Assembly (NCBI GenBank): GCA_964187785.1
Contig: OZ076409.1
Location: 16,308,001-16,372,000, forward strand
DNA: 64,000 nt
Source of the DNA: Amphiscolops sp. MND2022
Lineage: Eukaryota
Direction: 5' to 3'
Below, piece by piece: positions 21,654-35,595 of this stretch (positions are counted from its first letter, which is position 1; the number at the start of each line of letters is the position of its first letter). The notes under the pieces were generated by a model. The model was given only the letters and a program-made list of their open reading frames with translations. It had not been told where the DNA came from and did no database searches. Both the position numbers and the translations under genes were made by a program.

Positions 21654-23635
21654 CGGCGTTACTCTGTCAGCCTGCAAACTTTGTTTGCACAGCGCCATCT
21701 TGCAAATTTTGCAGCAAAAGTTGCAAAAGTAATGACTAATTTGAACACGAGTGAGCTTGATCAACATCATAATGAAAATGTTGAGCAAAATTGTTACAAA
21801 AATGCAGTTATTTCCTTGTCGAAATCGAACTCAAATATGGACAAATTACCAATTATTATCAATTTTGCGTTACCACTGACATCTGAAATGTTCAAAAACA
21901 GCAAATTACTGGATTCAATATTTGTGGAAGCTGTTATGGCCGTCAAAAACCGACTTAACTCCAATGAAATTACCATCTTCAAAACTACAATTTTACGCAA
22001 CAAAGGCAATTTGAAGTGTATTACTGTGATCATTCCTTACAAACTTGAAAATGCAGCTTCCTCTCTTATTCACGAGGGCATTACTCTTCGCAATCGGAAA
22101 ATACGGCCTTATTCTGTCAATTATTCCAACCCGAACAACAATGTCTATCCAAAAAGATTACCAATATCTTTCCGAAACCTACCACACTTTCTGACGGATG
22201 AGGATATTTTGAGTAGCTGTGGTCTTCAAAACTTCAAATTTAGTAGCAAAATTTTTCATCAACAACGACGACTTCCTGATAGCAGCCTTTTTTATACAGG
22301 AGAGGCAAGAATTACAGTTTTAATTGACAATGAGAATGAGGAAAGTTTACTACAAAACTGGGCCAATAATGCATATGACAAAATGTTTAGTACCAGTGGC
22401 ATTTTCTTCAAATGTTGCTGTATCCCACTTCTCGAATGCTCTTTATGCGTCAATGAGAACCTTCCCAGTGCTCATCAACAATCAAGATGCCCAAAACAAC
22501 TATCAGACGAACAGCAAATACAGAAAAACAGTGAATCTCAGAACCAGAAGTTAACAACTGACTACGTTATGGAAACTGCAGAAACAGAACCAATGTCTAA
22601 TGAACCTGAACTGTCAGATTAAGATGATGCTGAACCAATCTCAAAGGCGCCAAAGCAGACCGATGATGGTACTGAAACCGAATGCAATAACAACGTGGCA
22701 GAAACTGAACAATCATGCATTAACAACTCAAAGAAACATACCATTCCTATGCAAAAACCTAAACTAATGCATCGCTCAACTGAATGGGAATCCTCAACAG
22801 ACCTTGCCCGAAATCAAGCAGATGACCAACAGTCAACGGCAAAGCATGGATATCATGAATACCCATTCTTTTTGGAAAAGAAACAAAACAAAATACTGGC
22901 ACCCGAAACTATTTTCAACGAAATACCTCCTATAAAAGAACATGTGATCAAAACCCAACAAACTTCTGGCTACATCAATACACTAGACAAGGAAAAGAAA
23001 ATTCAAAGGACCTTTTCACTCGTACAACCACTGAAGAAAGAAAAACTCGAAGATCTTTTATCTGAATCAAACTGGAAACATTCTGACTCTAACACTATTT
23101 TAACTTCTCATTTTGAATTTTACTCATTGATCCGGAAGTTTGATCCATTCTATGATGCTACAAACCACCAAATTTACACTATTAATCTGGAGAATAAAAT
23201 TGTACAAGTTTTCACTGCAGTTGAAAACTTATACAATGAAAACAAAAACTAAACCGAAAAAATTCGGACCTTTTGGAAAGGAACTTTAAAGTTCTAAATC
23301 TCTACAATACCATCATCAATCAACCCAATTCCCAATTCTTTTCGAGCACTAGTTGTTCGCAACCTGTATGCAAAAAACGGGTTTTGAGAACAAACTCCTT
23401 CCAGGAGCAAACATCTTTTTTTCATACATTCTCCAAACTACATTATACTAATTTCATACCAAAAAAAAAACATTCCCATTTTGGCGCTTTCTCAAAAATG
23501 CCATAACCAAGCATCTTCATCTACATACTTCAGCTTTTTCAACACTTCAGTTACTCATATACTCATTTTATACATATACCTTAGACTTCATTACTTTTTA
23601 CTTGTAAATTCTCAGTTTTCAATAAATTCTTTAAA
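21654..23635 (+). mobile_element. Family C element, copy C2
   Basis: Same junctions and TSD as C1. Confidence 0.9.
21732..23252 (+). pseudogene. Family C ORF with nonsense TCA>TAA at 22620-22622
   Basis: Comparison with C1. Confidence 0.85.
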
Positions 23636-23636
23636 A

Positions 23637-23771
23637 GCCTAATTGTTGTGATAAACATATTAAATAGGTAAGTATTCCAACCCTATTGATAAGTTTTATT
23701 TGAAAGCAGACTGCGAAAGTGGTCTGCTGCCCAATTTTTGAACAAGGAACAAGCTAGTCTGCACTAACTTA
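23637..23771 (+). ncRNA. SL RNA sequence downstream of C2
   Basis: Same SL sequence, one exon substitution. Confidence 0.75.
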
Positions 23772-23861
23772 AAGTTACGCGTATTTTGACCGAGAAAATT
23801 TTCGTATCATTGTACGTAATTTTGTTGTTAAGCATATAAAGCTATTGATTCTACAATGATC

Positions 23862-23980
23862 GGCTACGACCATACCATGTTGAATGCACCGGTTCTCGTC
23901 CGATCACCGAAGTTAAACAACATAGGGCCTGGTTAGTACTTGGATGGGAGACCGCTTGGGAACACCAGGTGTTGTAGCCT
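23862..23980 (+). rRNA. 5S rRNA: 5S rRNA
   Basis: Same sequence. Confidence 0.98.
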
Positions 23981-24556
23981 TTTTTGTCAGAAATGTGGTT
24001 TAACTTCGGTGACAGTTTTGCATAAGGGGTCAAATTGAAAAGATAGCAAAAAACGGACAACGCCATTAGAAAGAGCGTCCAAAAAAACCCCCATGCTGAA
24101 ATTTTCGCCGCCATCACTTGAATTTTCATTGAGTTATGTCATTTTTACTATTTTCACAAAATGTGGTTTAACTTCGGTGACAGTTTTGCAAAAGGGGTCA
24201 AAATGAACAGATAGCAAAAAACGGACAACGGCACTGGAAAGAGGGCCCAAAATTACCCCTAAAACGTGTTTTTCACACTCCTGAGTCGACTTTTGATAAT
24301 ACATGGAATTTCATTTTTAAGCTTACTAATTTATGCTTTTCAGCATACATTTTCGTAATAGAGTCAAAATTTTGCTTTCTCACAATTTTTCTGGAATATT
24401 TTTGTTTCATCAGATGTCAATAACTTGAAACGTCGTCTTTTCATGAGACTTTCTCCTCAAAACAAGTTGTTGGCTGGTAATGGTAAGTCCGTACCGCAGA
24501 TACGACTCTCGCGCTCCAAAAATTGACTCTTTGCTTTTAGCCTAATTGTTGTGATA

Positions 24557-26542
24557 CGGCGTTACTCTGTCAGCCTGCAAACTTTGTTTGCACAGCGCCA
24601 TCTTGCAAATTTTGCAGCAAAAGTTGCAAAAGTAATGACTAATTTGAACACGAGTGAGCTTGATCAACATCATAATGAAAATGTTGAGCAAAATTGTTAC
24701 AAAAATGCAGTTATTTCCTTGTCGAAATCGAACTCAAATATGGACAAATTACCAATTATTATCAACTTTGCCTTACCACTGACATCTGAAATGTTCAAAA
24801 ACAGCAAATTACTGGATTCAATGTTTGTGGAAGCTGTTATGGCCGTCAAAAACCGACTTAACTCCAATGAAATTACCATCTTCAAAACTACAATTTTACG
24901 CAACAAAGGCAATTTGAAGTGTATTACTGTGATCATTCCTTACAAACTTGAAAATGCAGCTTCCTCTCTTATTCACGAGGGCATTACTCTTCGCAATCGG
25001 AAAATACGGCCTTATTCTGTCAATTATTCCAACCCGAACAACAATGTCTATCCAAAAAGATTACCAATATCTTTCCGAAACCTACCACACTTTCTGACGG
25101 ATGAGGATATTTTGAGTAGCTGTGGTCTTCAAAACTTCAAATTTAGTAGCAAAATTTTTCATCAACAACGACGACTTCCTGATAGCAGCCTTTTTTATAC
25201 AGGAGAGGCAAGAATTACAGTTTTAATTGACAATGAGAATGAGGAAAGTTTACTACAAAACTGGGCCAATAATGCATATGACAAAATGTTTAGTTCCAGT
25301 GGCATTTTTTTCAAATGTTGCTGTATCCCACTCCTCGAATGCTCTTTATGCGTCAATGAGAACCTTCCCAGTGCTCATCAACAATCAAGATGCCCAAAAC
25401 AACTATCAGACGAACAGCAAATACAGAAAAACAGTGAATCTCAGAACCAGAAGTTAACAACTGACTACGTTATGGAAACTGCAGAAACAGAGCCAATGTC
25501 TAATGAACCTGAACTGTCAGATTCAGATGATGCTGAACCAATCTCAAAGGCACCAAAGCAGACCGATGATGGTACTGAAACCGAATGCAACAACAACGTG
25601 GCAGAAACTGAACAACCATGCATTAACAACTCAAAGAAAGATACCATTCCTATGCAAAAACCTAAACTAATGCATCGCTCAACTGAATGGAAATCCTCAA
25701 CAGACCTTGCCCGAAATCAAGCAGATGACCAACAGTCAACGGCAAAGCATGGATATCATGAATACCCATTCTTTTTGGAAAAGAAACAAAACAAAATACT
25801 GGCACCCGAAACTATTTTCAACGAAATACCTCCTATAAAAGAACATGTGATCAAAACCCAACAAACTTCTGGCTACATCAATACACTAGACAAGGAAAAG
25901 AAAATTCAAAGGACCTTTTCACTCGTACAACCACTGAAGAAAGAAAAACTCGAAGATCTTTTATCTGAATCAAACTGGAAACATTCTGACTCTAACACTA
26001 TTTTAACTTCTCATTTTGAATTTTACTCATTGATCCGGAAGTTTGATCCATTCTATGATGCTACAAACCACCAAATTTACACTATTAATCTGGAGAATAA
26101 AATTGTACAAGTTTTCACTGCAGTTGAAAACTTATACAATGAAAACAAAAACTAAACTGAAAAATTTCGGACCTTTTTGACTGGAACTTTAAAGTTCTAA
26201 ATCTCTACAATACCATCATCAATCAACCCAATTCCCAATTCTTTTCGAGCACTAGTTGTTTGCAACCTGTATGCAAAAAACGGGTTTTGAAAACAAACTC
26301 CTTCCAGGAGCAAACATCTTTTTTTCATACATTCTCCAAACTACATTATACTAACTTCATACCTAAAAAAAAAAAAACATTCCCATTTTGGCGCTTTCTC
26401 AAAAATGCCATAACCAAGCATCTTCATCTACATACTTCAGCTTTTTCAACACTTCAGTTACTCATATACTCATTTTATACCTATACCTTAGACTTCATTA
26501 CTTTTTACTTGTAAATTCTCAGTTTTCAATAAATTCTTTAAA
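24557..26542 (+). mobile_element. Family C element, copy C3
   Basis: Same junctions and TSD as C1. Confidence 0.9.
24635..26155 (+). CDS. Family C ORF1-like protein, intact
   Basis: Same protein as C1. Confidence 0.85.
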   Translation: MTNLNTSELDQHHNENVEQNCYKNAVISLSKSNSNMDKLPIIINFALPLTSEMFKNSKLLDSMFVEAVMAVKNRLNSNEITIFKTTILRNKGNLKCITVIIPYKLENAASSLIHEGITLRNRKIRPYSVNYSNPNNNVYPKRLPISFRNLPHFLTDEDILSSCGLQNFKFSSKIFHQQRRLPDSSLFYTGEARITVLIDNENEESLLQNWANNAYDKMFSSSGIFFKCCCIPLLECSLCVNENLPSAHQQSRCPKQLSDEQQIQKNSESQNQKLTTDYVMETAETEPMSNEPELSDSDDAEPISKAPKQTDDGTETECNNNVAETEQPCINNSKKDTIPMQKPKLMHRSTEWKSSTDLARNQADDQQSTAKHGYHEYPFFLEKKQNKILAPETIFNEIPPIKEHVIKTQQTSGYINTLDKEKKIQRTFSLVQPLKKEKLEDLLSESNWKHSDSNTILTSHFEFYSLIRKFDPFYDATNHQIYTINLENKIVQVFTAVENLYNENKN

Positions 26543-26543
26543 A

Positions 26544-26678
26544 GCCTAATTGTTGTGATAAACTTATTAAATAGGTAAGTATTCCAACCCTATTGATAAG
26601 TTTTATTTGAAAGCAGACTGCGAAAGTGGTCTGCTGCCCAATTTTTGAACAAGGAACAAGCTAGTCTGCACTAACTTA
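26544..26678 (+). ncRNA. SL RNA sequence downstream of C3
   Basis: Same SL sequence. Confidence 0.75.
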
Positions 26679-26769
26679 AAAGTTACGCGTATTTTGACCG
26701 AGAAAATTTTCGTATCATTGTACGTAATTTTGTTGTTAAGCATATAAAGCTATTGATTCTACAATGATC

Positions 26770-26888
26770 GGCTACGACCATACCATGTTGAATGCACCGG
26801 TTCTCGTCCGATCACCGAAGTTAAACAACATAGGGCCTGGTTAGTACTTGGATGGGAGACCGCTTGGGAACACCAGGTGTTGTAGCCT
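26770..26888 (+). rRNA. 5S rRNA: 5S rRNA
   Basis: Same sequence. Confidence 0.98.
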
Positions 26889-27464
26889 TTTTTGTCAGAA
26901 ATGTGGTTTAACTTCGGTGACAGTTTTGCAAAAGGGGTCAAATTGAAAAGATAGCAAAAAACGGACAACGCCATTAGAAAGAGCGTCCAAAAAAACCCCC
27001 ATGCTGAAATTTTCGCCGCCATCACTTGAATTTTCATTGAGTTATGTCATTTTTACTATTTTCACAAAATGTGGTTTAACTTCGGTGACAGTTTTGCAAA
27101 AGGGGTCAAAATGAACAGATAGCAAAAAACGGACAACGGCACTGGAAAGAGGGCCCAAAATTACCCCTAAAACGTGTTTTTCACACTCCTGAGTCGACTT
27201 TTGATAATACATGGAATTTCATTTTTAAGCTTACTAATTTATGCTTTTCAGCATACATTTTCGTAATAGAGTCAAAATTTTGCTTTCTCACAATTTTTCC
27301 GGAATATTTTTGTTTCATCAGATGTCAATAACTTGAAACGTCGTCTTTTCATGAGAATTTCTCCTCAAAACAAGTTGTCGGCTGGTAATGGTAAGTCCGT
27401 ACCGCAGATACGAGTCTCGCGCTCCAAAAATTGACTCTTTGCTTTTAGCCTAATTGTTGTGATA

Positions 27465-29444
27465 CGGCGTTACTCTGTCAGCCTGCAAACTTTGTTTGCA
27501 CAGCGCCATCTTGCAAATTTTGCAGCAAAAGTTGCAAAAGTAATGACTAATTTGAACACGAGTGAGCTTGATCAACATCATAATGAAAATGTTGAGCAAA
27601 ATTGTTACAAAAATGCAGTTACTTCCTTGTCGAAATCGAACTCAAATATGGACAAATTACCAATTATTATCAACTTTGCCTTACCACTGACATCTGAAAT
27701 GTTCAAAAACAGCAAATTACTGGATTCAATGTTTGTGGAAGCTGTTATGGCCGTCAAAAACCGACTTAACTCCAATGAAATTACCATCTTCAAAACTACA
27801 ATTTTACGCAACAAAGGCAATTTGAAGTGTATTACTGTGATCATTCCTTACAAACTTGAAAATGCAGCTTCCTCTCTTATTCACGAGGGCATTACTCTTC
27901 GCAATCGGAAAATACGGCCTTATTCTGTCAATTATTCCAACCCGAACAACAATGTCTATCCAAAAAGATTACCAATATCTTTCCGAAACCTACCACACTT
28001 TCTGACGGATGAGGATATTTTGAGTAGCTGTGGTCTTCAAAACTTCAAATTTAGTAGCAAAATTTTTCATCAACAACGACGACTTCCTGATAGCAGCCTT
28101 TTTTATACAGGAGAGGCAAGAATTACAGTTTTAATTGACAATGAGAATGAGGAAAGTTTACTACAAAACTGGGCCAATAATGCATATGACAAAATGTTTA
28201 GTTCCAGTGGCATTTTTTTCAAATGTTGCTGTATCCCACTCCTCGAATGCTCTTTATGCGTCAATGAGAACCTTCCCAGTGCTCATCAACAATCAAGATG
28301 CCCAAAACAACTATCAGACGAACAGCAAATACAGAAAAACAGTGAATCTCAGAACCAGAAGTTAACAACTGACTACGTTATGGAAACTGCAGAAACAGAG
28401 CCAATGTCTAATGAACCTGAACTGTCAGATTCAGATGATGCTGAACCAATCTCAAAGGCACCAAAGCAGACCGATGATGGTACTGAAACCGAATGCAACA
28501 ACAACGTGGCAGAAACTGAACAACCATGCATTAACAACTCAAAGAAAGATACAATTCCTATGCAAAAACTCAAACTAATGCATCGCTCAACTGAATGGAA
28601 ATCCTCAACAGACCTTGCCCGAAATCAAGCAGATGACCAACAGTCAACGGCAAAGCATGGATATCATGAATACCCATTCTTTTTGGAAAAGAAACAAAAC
28701 AAAATACTGGCACCCGAAACTATTTTCAACGAAATACCTCCTATAAAAGAACATGTGATCAAAACCCAACAAACTTCTGGCTACATCAATACACTAGACA
28801 AGGAAAAGAAAATTCAAAGGACCTTTTCACTCGTACAACCACTGAAGAAAGAAAAACTCGAAGATCTTTTATCTGAATCAAACTGGAAACATTCTGACTC
28901 TAACACTATTTTAACTTCTCATTTTGAATTTTACTCATTGATCCGGAAGTTTGATCCATTCTATGATGCTACAAACCACCAAATTTACACTATTAATCTG
29001 GAGAATAAAATTGTACAAGTTTTCACTGCAGTTGAAAACTTATACAATGAAAACAAAAACTAAACTGAAAAATTTCGGACCTTTTTGACTGGAACTTTAA
29101 AGTTCTAAATCTCTACAATACCATCATCAATCAACCCAATTCCCAATTCTTTTCGAGCACTAGTTGTTCGCAACCTGTATGCAAAAAACGGGTTTTGAAA
29201 ACAAACTCCTTCCAGGAGCAAACATCTTTTTTTCATACATTCTCCAAACTTCATTATACTAACTTCATACCAAAAAAAACATTCCCATTTTGGCGCTTTC
29301 TCAAAAATGCCATAACCAAGCATCTTCATCTACATACTTCAGCTTTTTCAACACTTCAGTTACTCATATACTCATTTTATACCTATACCTTAGACTTCAT
29401 TACTTTTTACTTGTAAATTCTCAGTTTTCAATAAATTCTTTAAA
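27465..29444 (+). mobile_element. Family C element, copy C4
   Basis: Same junctions and TSD as C1. Confidence 0.9.
27543..29063 (+). CDS. Family C ORF1-like protein, intact
   Basis: Near-identical to C1. Confidence 0.85.
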   Translation: MTNLNTSELDQHHNENVEQNCYKNAVTSLSKSNSNMDKLPIIINFALPLTSEMFKNSKLLDSMFVEAVMAVKNRLNSNEITIFKTTILRNKGNLKCITVIIPYKLENAASSLIHEGITLRNRKIRPYSVNYSNPNNNVYPKRLPISFRNLPHFLTDEDILSSCGLQNFKFSSKIFHQQRRLPDSSLFYTGEARITVLIDNENEESLLQNWANNAYDKMFSSSGIFFKCCCIPLLECSLCVNENLPSAHQQSRCPKQLSDEQQIQKNSESQNQKLTTDYVMETAETEPMSNEPELSDSDDAEPISKAPKQTDDGTETECNNNVAETEQPCINNSKKDTIPMQKLKLMHRSTEWKSSTDLARNQADDQQSTAKHGYHEYPFFLEKKQNKILAPETIFNEIPPIKEHVIKTQQTSGYINTLDKEKKIQRTFSLVQPLKKEKLEDLLSESNWKHSDSNTILTSHFEFYSLIRKFDPFYDATNHQIYTINLENKIVQVFTAVENLYNENKN

Positions 29445-29445
29445 A

Positions 29446-29580
29446 GCCTAATTGTTGTGATAAACTTATTAAATAGGTAAGTATTCCAACCCTATTGATA
29501 AGTTTTATTTGAAAGCACACTGCGAAAGTGGTCTGCTGCCCAATTTTTGAACAAGGAACAAGCTAGTCTGCACTAACTTA
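29446..29580 (+). ncRNA. SL RNA sequence downstream of C4
   Basis: Same SL sequence, one substitution in hairpin II. Confidence 0.75.
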
Positions 29581-29671
29581 AAAGTTACGCGTATTTTGAC
29601 CGAGAAAATTTTCGTATCATTGTACGTAATTTTGTTGTTAAGCATATAAAGCTATTGATTCTACAATGATC

Positions 29672-29790
29672 GGCTACGACCATACCATTTTGAATGCACC
29701 GGTTCTCGTCCGATCACCGAAGTTAAACAACATAGGGCCTGGTTAGTACTTGGATGGGAGACCGCTTGGGAACACCAGGTGTTGTAGCCT
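29672..29790 (+). rRNA. 5S rRNA: 5S rRNA (one G>T variant)
   Basis: Same sequence except CCATTTTGAA. Confidence 0.97.
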
Positions 29791-30365
29791 TTTTTGTCAG
29801 AAATGTGGTTTAACTTCGGTGACAGTTTTGCAAAAGGGGTCAAATTGAAAAGATAGCAAAAAACGGACAACGCCATTAGAAAGAGCGTCCAAAAAACCCC
29901 CATGCTGAAATTTTCGCCGCCATCACTTGAATTTTCATTGAGTTATGTCATTTTTACTATTTTCACAAAATGTGGTTTAACTTCGGTGACAGTTTTGCAA
30001 AAGGTGTCAAAATGAACAGATAGCAAAAAACGGACAACGGCACTGGAAAGAGGGCCCAAAATTACCCCTAAAACGTGTTTTTCACACTCCTGAGTCGACT
30101 TTTGATAATACATGGAATTTCATTTTTAAGCTTACTAATTTATGCTTTTCAGCATACATTTTCGTAATAGAGTCAAAATTTTGCTTTCTCACAATTTTTC
30201 TGGAATATTTTTGTTTCATCAGATGTCAATAACTTGAAACGTCGTCTTTTCATGAGAATTTCTCCTCAAAACAAGTTGTTGGCTGGTAATGGTAAGTCCG
30301 TACCGCAGATAGGAGTCTCGCGCTCCAAAAATTGACTCTTTGCTTTTAGCCTAATTGTTGTGATA

Positions 30366-32346
30366 CGGCGTTACTCTGTCAGCCTGCAAACTTTGTTTGC
30401 ACAGCGCCATCTTGCAAATTTTGCAGCAAAAGTTGCAAAAGTAATGACTAATTTGAACACGAGTGAGCTTGATCAACATCATAATGAAAATGTTGAGCAA
30501 AATTGTTACAAAAATGCAGTTATTTCCTTGTCGAAATCGAACTCAAATATGGACAAATTACCAATTATTATCAACTTTGCCTTACCACTGACATCTGAAA
30601 TGTTCAAAAACAGCAAATTACTGGATTCAATGTTTGTGGAAGCTGTTATGGCCGTCAAAAACCGACTTAACTCCAATGAAATTACCATCTTCAAAACTAC
30701 AATTTTACGCAACAAAGGCAATTTGAAGTGTATTACTGTGATCATTCCTTACAAACTTGAAAATGCAGCTTCCTCTCTTATTCACGAGGGCATTACTCTT
30801 CGCAATCGGAAAATACGGCCTTATTCTGTCAATTATTCCAACCCGAACAACAATGTCTATCCAAAAAGATTACCAATATCTTTCCGAAACCTACCACACT
30901 TTCTGACGGATGAGGATATTTTGAGTAGCTGTGGTCTTCAAAACTTCAAATTTAGTAGCAAAATTTTTCATCAACAACGACGACTTCCTGATAGCAGCCT
31001 TTTTTATACAGGAGAGGCAAGAATTACAGTTTTAATTGACAATTAGAATGAGGAAAGTTTACTACAAAACTGGGCCAATAATGCATATGACAAAATGTTT
31101 AGTTCCAGTGGCATTTTTTTCAAATGTTGCTGTATCCCACTTCTCGAATGCTCTTTATGCGTCAATGAGAACCTTCCCAGTGCTCATCAACAATCAAGAT
31201 GCCCAAAACAACTATCAGACGAACAGCAAATACAGAAAAACAGTGAATCTCAGAACCAGAAGTTAACAACTGACTACGTTATGGAAACTGCAGAAACAGA
31301 GCCAATGTCTAATGAACCTGAACTGTCAGATTCAGATGATGCTGAACCAATCTCAAAGGCGCCAAAGCAGACCGATGATGGTACTGAAACCGAATGCAAT
31401 AACAACGTGGCAGAAACTGAACAACCATGCATTAACAACTCAAAGAAAGATACCATTCCTATGCAAAAACCTAAACTAATACATCGCTCAACTGAATGGG
31501 AATCCTCAACAGACCTTGCCCGAAATCAAGCAGATGACCAACAGTCAACGGCAAAGCATGGATATCATGAATACCCATTCTTTTTGGAAAAGAAACAAAA
31601 CAAAATACTGGCACCCGAAACTATTTTCAACGAAATACCTCCTATAAAAGAACATGTGATCAAAACCCAACAAACTTCTGGCTACATCAATACACTAGAC
31701 AAGGAAAAGAAAATTCAAAGGACCTTTTCACTCGTACAACCACTGAAGAAAGAAAAACTCGAAGATCTTTTATCTGAATCAAACTGGAAACATTCTGACT
31801 CTAACACTATTTTAACTTCTCATTTTGAATTTTACTCATTGATCCGGAAGTTTGATCCATTCTATGATGCTACAAACCACCAAATTTACACTATTAATCT
31901 GGAGAATAAAATTGTACAAGTTTTCACTGCAGTTGAAAACTTATACAATGAAAACAAAAACTAAACTGAAAAATTTCGGACCTTTTTGACTGGAACTTTA
32001 AAGTTCTAAATCTCTACAATACCATCATCAATCAACCCAATTCCCAATTCTTTTCGAGCACTAGTTGTTCGCAACCTGTATGCAAAAAACGGGTTTTGAG
32101 AACAAACTCCTTCCAGGAGCAAACATCTTTTTTTCATACATTCTCCAAACTTCATTATACTAACTTCATACCAAAAAAAAACATTCCCATTTTGGCGCTT
32201 TCTCAAAAATGTCATAACCAAGCATCTTCATCTACATACTTCAGCTTTTTCAACACTTCAGTTACTCATATACTCATTTTATACATATACCTTAGACTTC
32301 ATTACTTTTTACTTGTAAATTCTCAGTTTTCAATAAATTCTTTAAA
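30366..32346 (+). mobile_element. Family C element, copy C5
   Basis: Same junctions and TSD as C1. Confidence 0.9.
30444..31964 (+). pseudogene. Family C ORF with nonsense GAG>TAG at 31044-31046
   Basis: Comparison with C1. Confidence 0.85.
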
Positions 32347-32347
32347 A

Positions 32348-32482
32348 GCCTAATTGTTGTGATAAACTTATTAAATAGGTAAGTATTCCAACCCTATTGA
32401 TAAGTTTTATTTGAAAGCAGACTGCGAAAGTGGTCTGCTGCCCAATTTTTGAACAAGGAACAAGCTAGTCTGCACTAACTTA
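32348..32482 (+). ncRNA. SL RNA sequence downstream of C5
   Basis: Same SL sequence. Confidence 0.75.
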
Positions 32483-32573
32483 AAAGTTACGCGTATTTTG
32501 ACCGAGAAAATTTTCGTATCATTGTACGTAATTTTGTTGTTAAGCATATAAAGCTATTGATTCTACAATGATC

Positions 32574-32692
32574 GGCTACGACCATACCATGTTGAATGCA
32601 CCGGTTCTCGTCCGATCACCGAAGTTAAACAACATAGGGCCTGGTTAGTACTTGGATGGGAGACCGCTTGGGAACACCAGGTGTTGTAGCCT
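32574..32692 (+). rRNA. 5S rRNA: 5S rRNA
   Basis: Same sequence. Confidence 0.98.
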
Positions 32693-33268
32693 TTTTTGTC
32701 AGAAATGTGGTTTAACTTCGGTGACAGTTTTGCAAAAGGGGTCAAATTGAAAAGATAGCAAAAAACGGACAACGCCATTAGAAAGAGCGTCCAAAAAAAA
32801 CCCCATGCTGAAATTTTCGCCGCCATCACTTGAATTTTCATTGAGTTATGTCATTTTTACTATTTTCACAAAATGTGGTTTAACTTCGGTGACAGTTTTG
32901 CAAAAGGGGTCAAAATGAACAGATAGCAAAAAACGGACAACGGCACTGGAAAGAGGGCCCAAAATTACCCCTAAAACGTGTTTTTCACACTCCTGAGTCG
33001 ACTTTTGATAATACATGGAATTTCATTTTTAAGCTTACTAATTTATGCTTTTCAGCATACATTTTCGTAATAGAGTCAAAATTTTGCTTTCTCACAATTT
33101 TTCTGGAATATTTTTGTTTCATCAGATGTCAATAACTTGAAACGTCGTCTTTTCATGAGAATTTCTCCTCAAAACAAGTTGTTGGCTGGTAATGGTAAGT
33201 CCGTACCGCAGATAGGAGTCTCGCGCTCCAAAAATTGACTCTTTGCTTTTAGCCTAATTGTTGTGATA

Positions 33269-35249
33269 CGGCGTTACTCTGTCAGCCTGCAAACTTTGTT
33301 TGCACAGCGCCATCTTGCAAATTTTGCAGCAAAAGTTGCAAAAGTAATGACTAATTTGAACACGAGTGAGCTTGATCAACATCATAATGAAAATGTTGAG
33401 CAAAATTGCTACAAAAATGCAGTTATTTCCTTGTCGAAATCGAACTCAAATATGGACAAATTACCAATTATTATCAACTTTGCGTTACCACTGACATCTG
33501 AAATGTTCAAAAACAGCAAATTACTGGATTCAATATTTGTGGAAGCTGTTATGGCCGTCAAACCCGACTTAACTCCAATGAAATTACCATCTTCAAAACT
33601 ACAATTTTACGCAACAAAGGCAATTTGAAGTGTATTACTGTGATCATTCCTTACAAACTTGAAAATGCAGCTTCCTCTCTTATTCACGAGGGCATTACTC
33701 TTCGCAATCGGAAAATACGGCCTTATTCTGTCAATTATTCCAACCCGAACAACAATGTCTATCCAAAAAGATTACCAATATCTTTCCGAAACCTACCACA
33801 CTTTCTGACGGATGAGGATATTTTGAGTAGCTGTGGTCTTCAAAACTTCAAATTTAGTAGCAAAATTTTTCATCAACAACGACGACTTCCTGATAGCAGC
33901 CTTTTTTATACAGGAGAGGCAAGAATTACAGTTTTAATTGACAATGAGTATGAGGAAAGTTTACTACAAAACTGGGCCAATAATGCATATGACAAAATGT
34001 TTAGTACCAGTGGCATTTTTTTCAAATGTTGCTGTATCCCACTTCTCGAATGCTCTTTATGCGTCAATGAGAACCTTCCCAGTGCTCATCAACAATCAAG
34101 ATGCCCAAAACAACTATCAGACGAACAGCAAATACAGAAAAACAGTGAATCTCAGAACCAGAAGTTAACAACTGACTACGTTATGGAAACTGCAGAAACA
34201 GAGCCAATGTCTAATGAACCTGAACTGTCAGATTCAGATGATGCTGAACCAATCTCAAAGGCGCCAAAGCAGACCGATGATGGTACTGAAACCGAATGCA
34301 ATAACAACGTGGCAGAAACTGAACAATCATGCATTAACAACTCAAAGAAACATACCATTCCTATGCAAAAACCTAAACTAATGCATCGCTCAACTGAATG
34401 GGAATCCTCAACAGACCTTGCCCGAAATCAAGCAGATGACCAACAGTCAACGGCAAAGCATGGATATCATGAATACCCATTCTTTTTGGAAAAGAAACAA
34501 AACAAAATACTGGCACCCGAAACTATTTTCAACGAAATACCTCCTATAAAAGAACATGTGATCAAAACCCAACAAACTTCTGGCTACATCAATACACTAG
34601 ACAAGGAAAAGAAAATTCAAAGGACCTTTTCACTCGTACAACCACTGAAGAAAGAAAAACTCGAAGATCTTTTATCTGAATCAAACTGGAAACATTCTGA
34701 CTCTAACACTATTTTAACTTCTCATTTTGAATTTTACTCATTGATTCGGAAGTTTGATCCATTCTATGATGCTACAAACCACCAAATTTACACTATTAAT
34801 CTGGAGAATAAAATTGTACAAGTTTTCACTGCAGTTGAAAACTTATACAATGAAAACAAAAACTAAACTGAAAAATTTCGGACCTTTTTGACTGGAACTT
34901 TAAAGTTCTAAATCTCTACAATACCATCATCAATCAACCCAATTCCCAATTCTTTTCGAGCACTAGTTGTTCGCAACCTGTATGCAAAAAACGGGTTTTG
35001 AAAACAAACTCCTTCCAGGAGCAAACATCTTTTTTTCATACATTCTCCAAACTACATTATACTAACTTCATACCTAAAAAAAAACATTCCCATTTTGGCG
35101 CTTTCTCAAAAATGCCATAACCAAGCATCTTCATCTACATACTTCAGCTTTTTCAACACTTCAGTTACTCATATACTCATTTTATACCTATACCTTAGAC
35201 TTCATTACTTTTTACTTGTAAATTCTCAGTTTTCAATAAATTTTTTAAA
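33269..35249 (+). mobile_element. Family C element, copy C6
   Basis: Same 5' junction as C1; 3' end variant AATTTTTTAAA and one substitution in the downstream TSD. Confidence 0.9.
33347..34866 (+). pseudogene. Family C ORF with frameshift near 33562
   Basis: GTCAAACCCGA versus GTCAAAAACCGA in other copies. Confidence 0.85.
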
Positions 35250-35250
35250 A

Positions 35251-35385
35251 GCCTAACTGTTGTGATAAACTTATTAAATAGGTAAGTATTCCAACCCTAT
35301 TGATAAGTTTTATTTGAAAGCAGACTGCGAAAGTGGTCTGCTGCCCAATTTTTGAACAAGGAACAAGCTAGTCTGCACTAACTTA
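35251..35385 (+). ncRNA. SL RNA sequence downstream of C6
   Basis: Same SL sequence, one exon substitution. Confidence 0.75.
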
Positions 35386-35476
35386 AAAGTTACGCGTATT
35401 TTGACCGAGAAAATTTTCGTATCATTGTACGTAATTTTGTTGTTAAGCATATAAAGCTATTGATTTTACAATGATC

Positions 35477-35595
35477 GGCTACGACCATACCATGTTGAAT
35501 GCACCGGTTCTCGTCCGATCACCGAAGTTAAACAACATAGGGCCTGGTTAGTACTTGGATGGGAGACCGCTTGGGAACACCAGGTGTTGTAGCCT
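35477..35595 (+). rRNA. 5S rRNA: 5S rRNA
   Basis: Same sequence. Confidence 0.98.
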